The position numbers and the translations under genes are program-made. A DNA stretch of 64,000 nt from positions 15,376,001 through 15,440,000 of the forward strand of contig JBHGNT010000016.1 in the NCBI GenBank assembly GCA_043228905.1, read 5' to 3'. Position 1 is the first letter of the stretch; each line of letters opens with the position of its first letter. Below are positions 62,116 to 64,000 of the stretch, one piece after another. The notes under the pieces were generated by a model that worked only from the letters and a program-made list of their open reading frames with translations, was not told the origin of the DNA and did no database searches. This stretch comes from Azolla caroliniana. Its lineage: Eukaryota; Plantae; Polypodiophyta.

Positions 62116-64000
62116 TCAAAGCAAATCTAACGCTTAGAAAACCACTTGCTTACATGATTAATCGCAAAGCATATGCATTTGGTTGCATGAGTCCAGCTTT
62201 AAAATCTAAACACAAAGTTGGTGGGTCGCCAATGTTTATCTTGACATACTTTACTATAGTTCGGGAAAGTGTTATTCAACCAAATGTGGAGACGTCAAGC
62301 AAAGCTTGGGTGTTAATACCACACCTGGTTAGATGGGTAAAGAAATTCTGTGCCCAAGTCTTTTCACAAACATTGGATGCTCAAAAAATTTCGTAGCTCA
62401 CCGATGTTTCTGTTTAGCATCGTGGTCTAAGCTTTATTATGAACCTCCTCAAAGCTTTCAGCATGCACTTCAGATTATGCTTTCATTGTGATAAAAAGCA
62501 AGATTTAATTTTTCGTGTAGCTCATTCTCTCTTTCCTACTTGCTTGTGGTATGCCTCACTGCATTATTCACATGTAGTGTACCTCACAATTGTTGTTTGC
62601 TTGTTTTCTGTTCTGGTTTGGTTTTCGAGCAAGTGTATGTTACCAAGCTTGTTGCAAAATCCATAGTAGGATTTGCACACTATCATAGTAAATATATATA
62701 TAACAATACTAGGGTATGTTTTTCCAATTGTTTTCTAGTATGATGTCTATATGGACGATCATAGTTTGGATCTGAATCACATGAAAATTTGGATTCCACG
62801 CATAATTGTATATCACTACATTTGCTTAGACTACATGGATTAATTTACGATAATTGAAATAATGAGTTTTTTGGTACAAATTTGTAAGTTTGTTGGACCT
62901 AATTGATCAAATTGTAAGCTCATTGTCAAGTTATGATTTTATCTACAAAGTGGGTTGTCTTAAAAGCATATTGAATCAGGTTTATCAAGTCAATTGTGCT
63001 AACAGGAACAAGAAGTCCTTAAATGGATCCTTATGTTGTATCATATATGTTTGAAATCCATTAGGTTGATCCTTATGTTTGTTAAACATTCAGACTAAAT
63101 ATCAATATTTACTTTTTTTCCTTTATTATGTGCTTAATCTTAATTCTCATGTAATTAGAAGCCTCAACTTTGATCAAACCATATATAGATTGTTCGAAAA
63201 TAAAAACAGCCAAGCATGGTATTAATCTCTTATATAGATTAAGGATAATGTAACATAATTTTTTGTGTATAAATGTATGACCAAGATATCTTAACCAGTT
63301 TTGTTGAGCCCTACTGTTTATTATATATTGTTGTTTAGACTTTACCTTGAGCTTTCTCTCTCTTTTAGAGCTATGATACTCGAAATAATATCTTATCTAG
63401 CACAATTTTCATGTTCTTCGTTTGCCTAGCGATTTCATAGTTAGGGTTATGCTGTGTCTTCATTATGCACTTGTTCATGTGATTCAGGAGATACATAAGA
63501 ATATTATGGTGTAATCATTCCCTAAAAACATTAACGTATGTGCTTCATAATATAAACCTCAGTGATTTAGTAGACATGAGAATATAACACTCAAGAAGAT
63601 GACACAATGCTTTGAGATTTCATGGGTTTTTGGGAAATCGTGGTAAACAATTATGAAGATAGTTGTTTGGCTAGTGGATTAATCCAATGCATAAATTTTT
63701 CATTATTTCTATAATCATGTCTAAAACTTGACACTTTCTTGATATTTCCAATGTTCGGTAATTTAAAACATAATCTGGTAAAGGGCCAATATGATTTTCT
63801 GATGAATTGGAAACTAGTGACTTCTCAAGGATCGAGTAGTCAAAAGCAATTATGTGATATTAGATTTTCAAATGTCATCATTAAGTTTGTATCTTTCTCC
63901 TCGATGTTATTTAAATTTCATGTATGAAGTGATGCTGATATTTTTGAAGTCAATAGTGGTCAAACCAAAGGCATCAATATGTCATAATGAATATGTTTGC

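Noticed and set aside
62116-64000. Short ORFs downstream of DAHPS
   Set aside because: AT-rich 3' UTR/intergenic sequence with no recognisable motifs.

Overview
Land-plant genomic DNA; the Ty3 lineage present suggests a non-seed plant, but that is inference. About 1-58 kb is a deeply nested retrotransposon cluster. It holds at least seven degraded Ty1/copia elements, a degraded chromovirus, L1-type LINE fragments and tRNA-derived SINE-like copies. One intact host gene follows: a 5-exon class II DAHP synthase (58664-62115). The most notable content is a tRNA-Trp-primed Ty3-like lineage with TGTCGT...ACGACA termini. It includes a young non-autonomous 'Gag-only' element: ~725-bp LTRs and one ~670-aa ORF filling the whole PBS-to-PPT interval, with no PR/RT/RH/IN. 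There are five intact ORF copies, three of them in a shared-LTR tandem array. All six insertions of this lineage have 4-bp TSDs centred on CpG. Three of them hit the same ACGT site of a tandem repeat inside the LTR of a related gag-PR element. The Gag-only LTR carries an antisense 72-nt tRNA-shaped A-box/B-box module. Letters A-O are my own labels; coordinates were read by eye.
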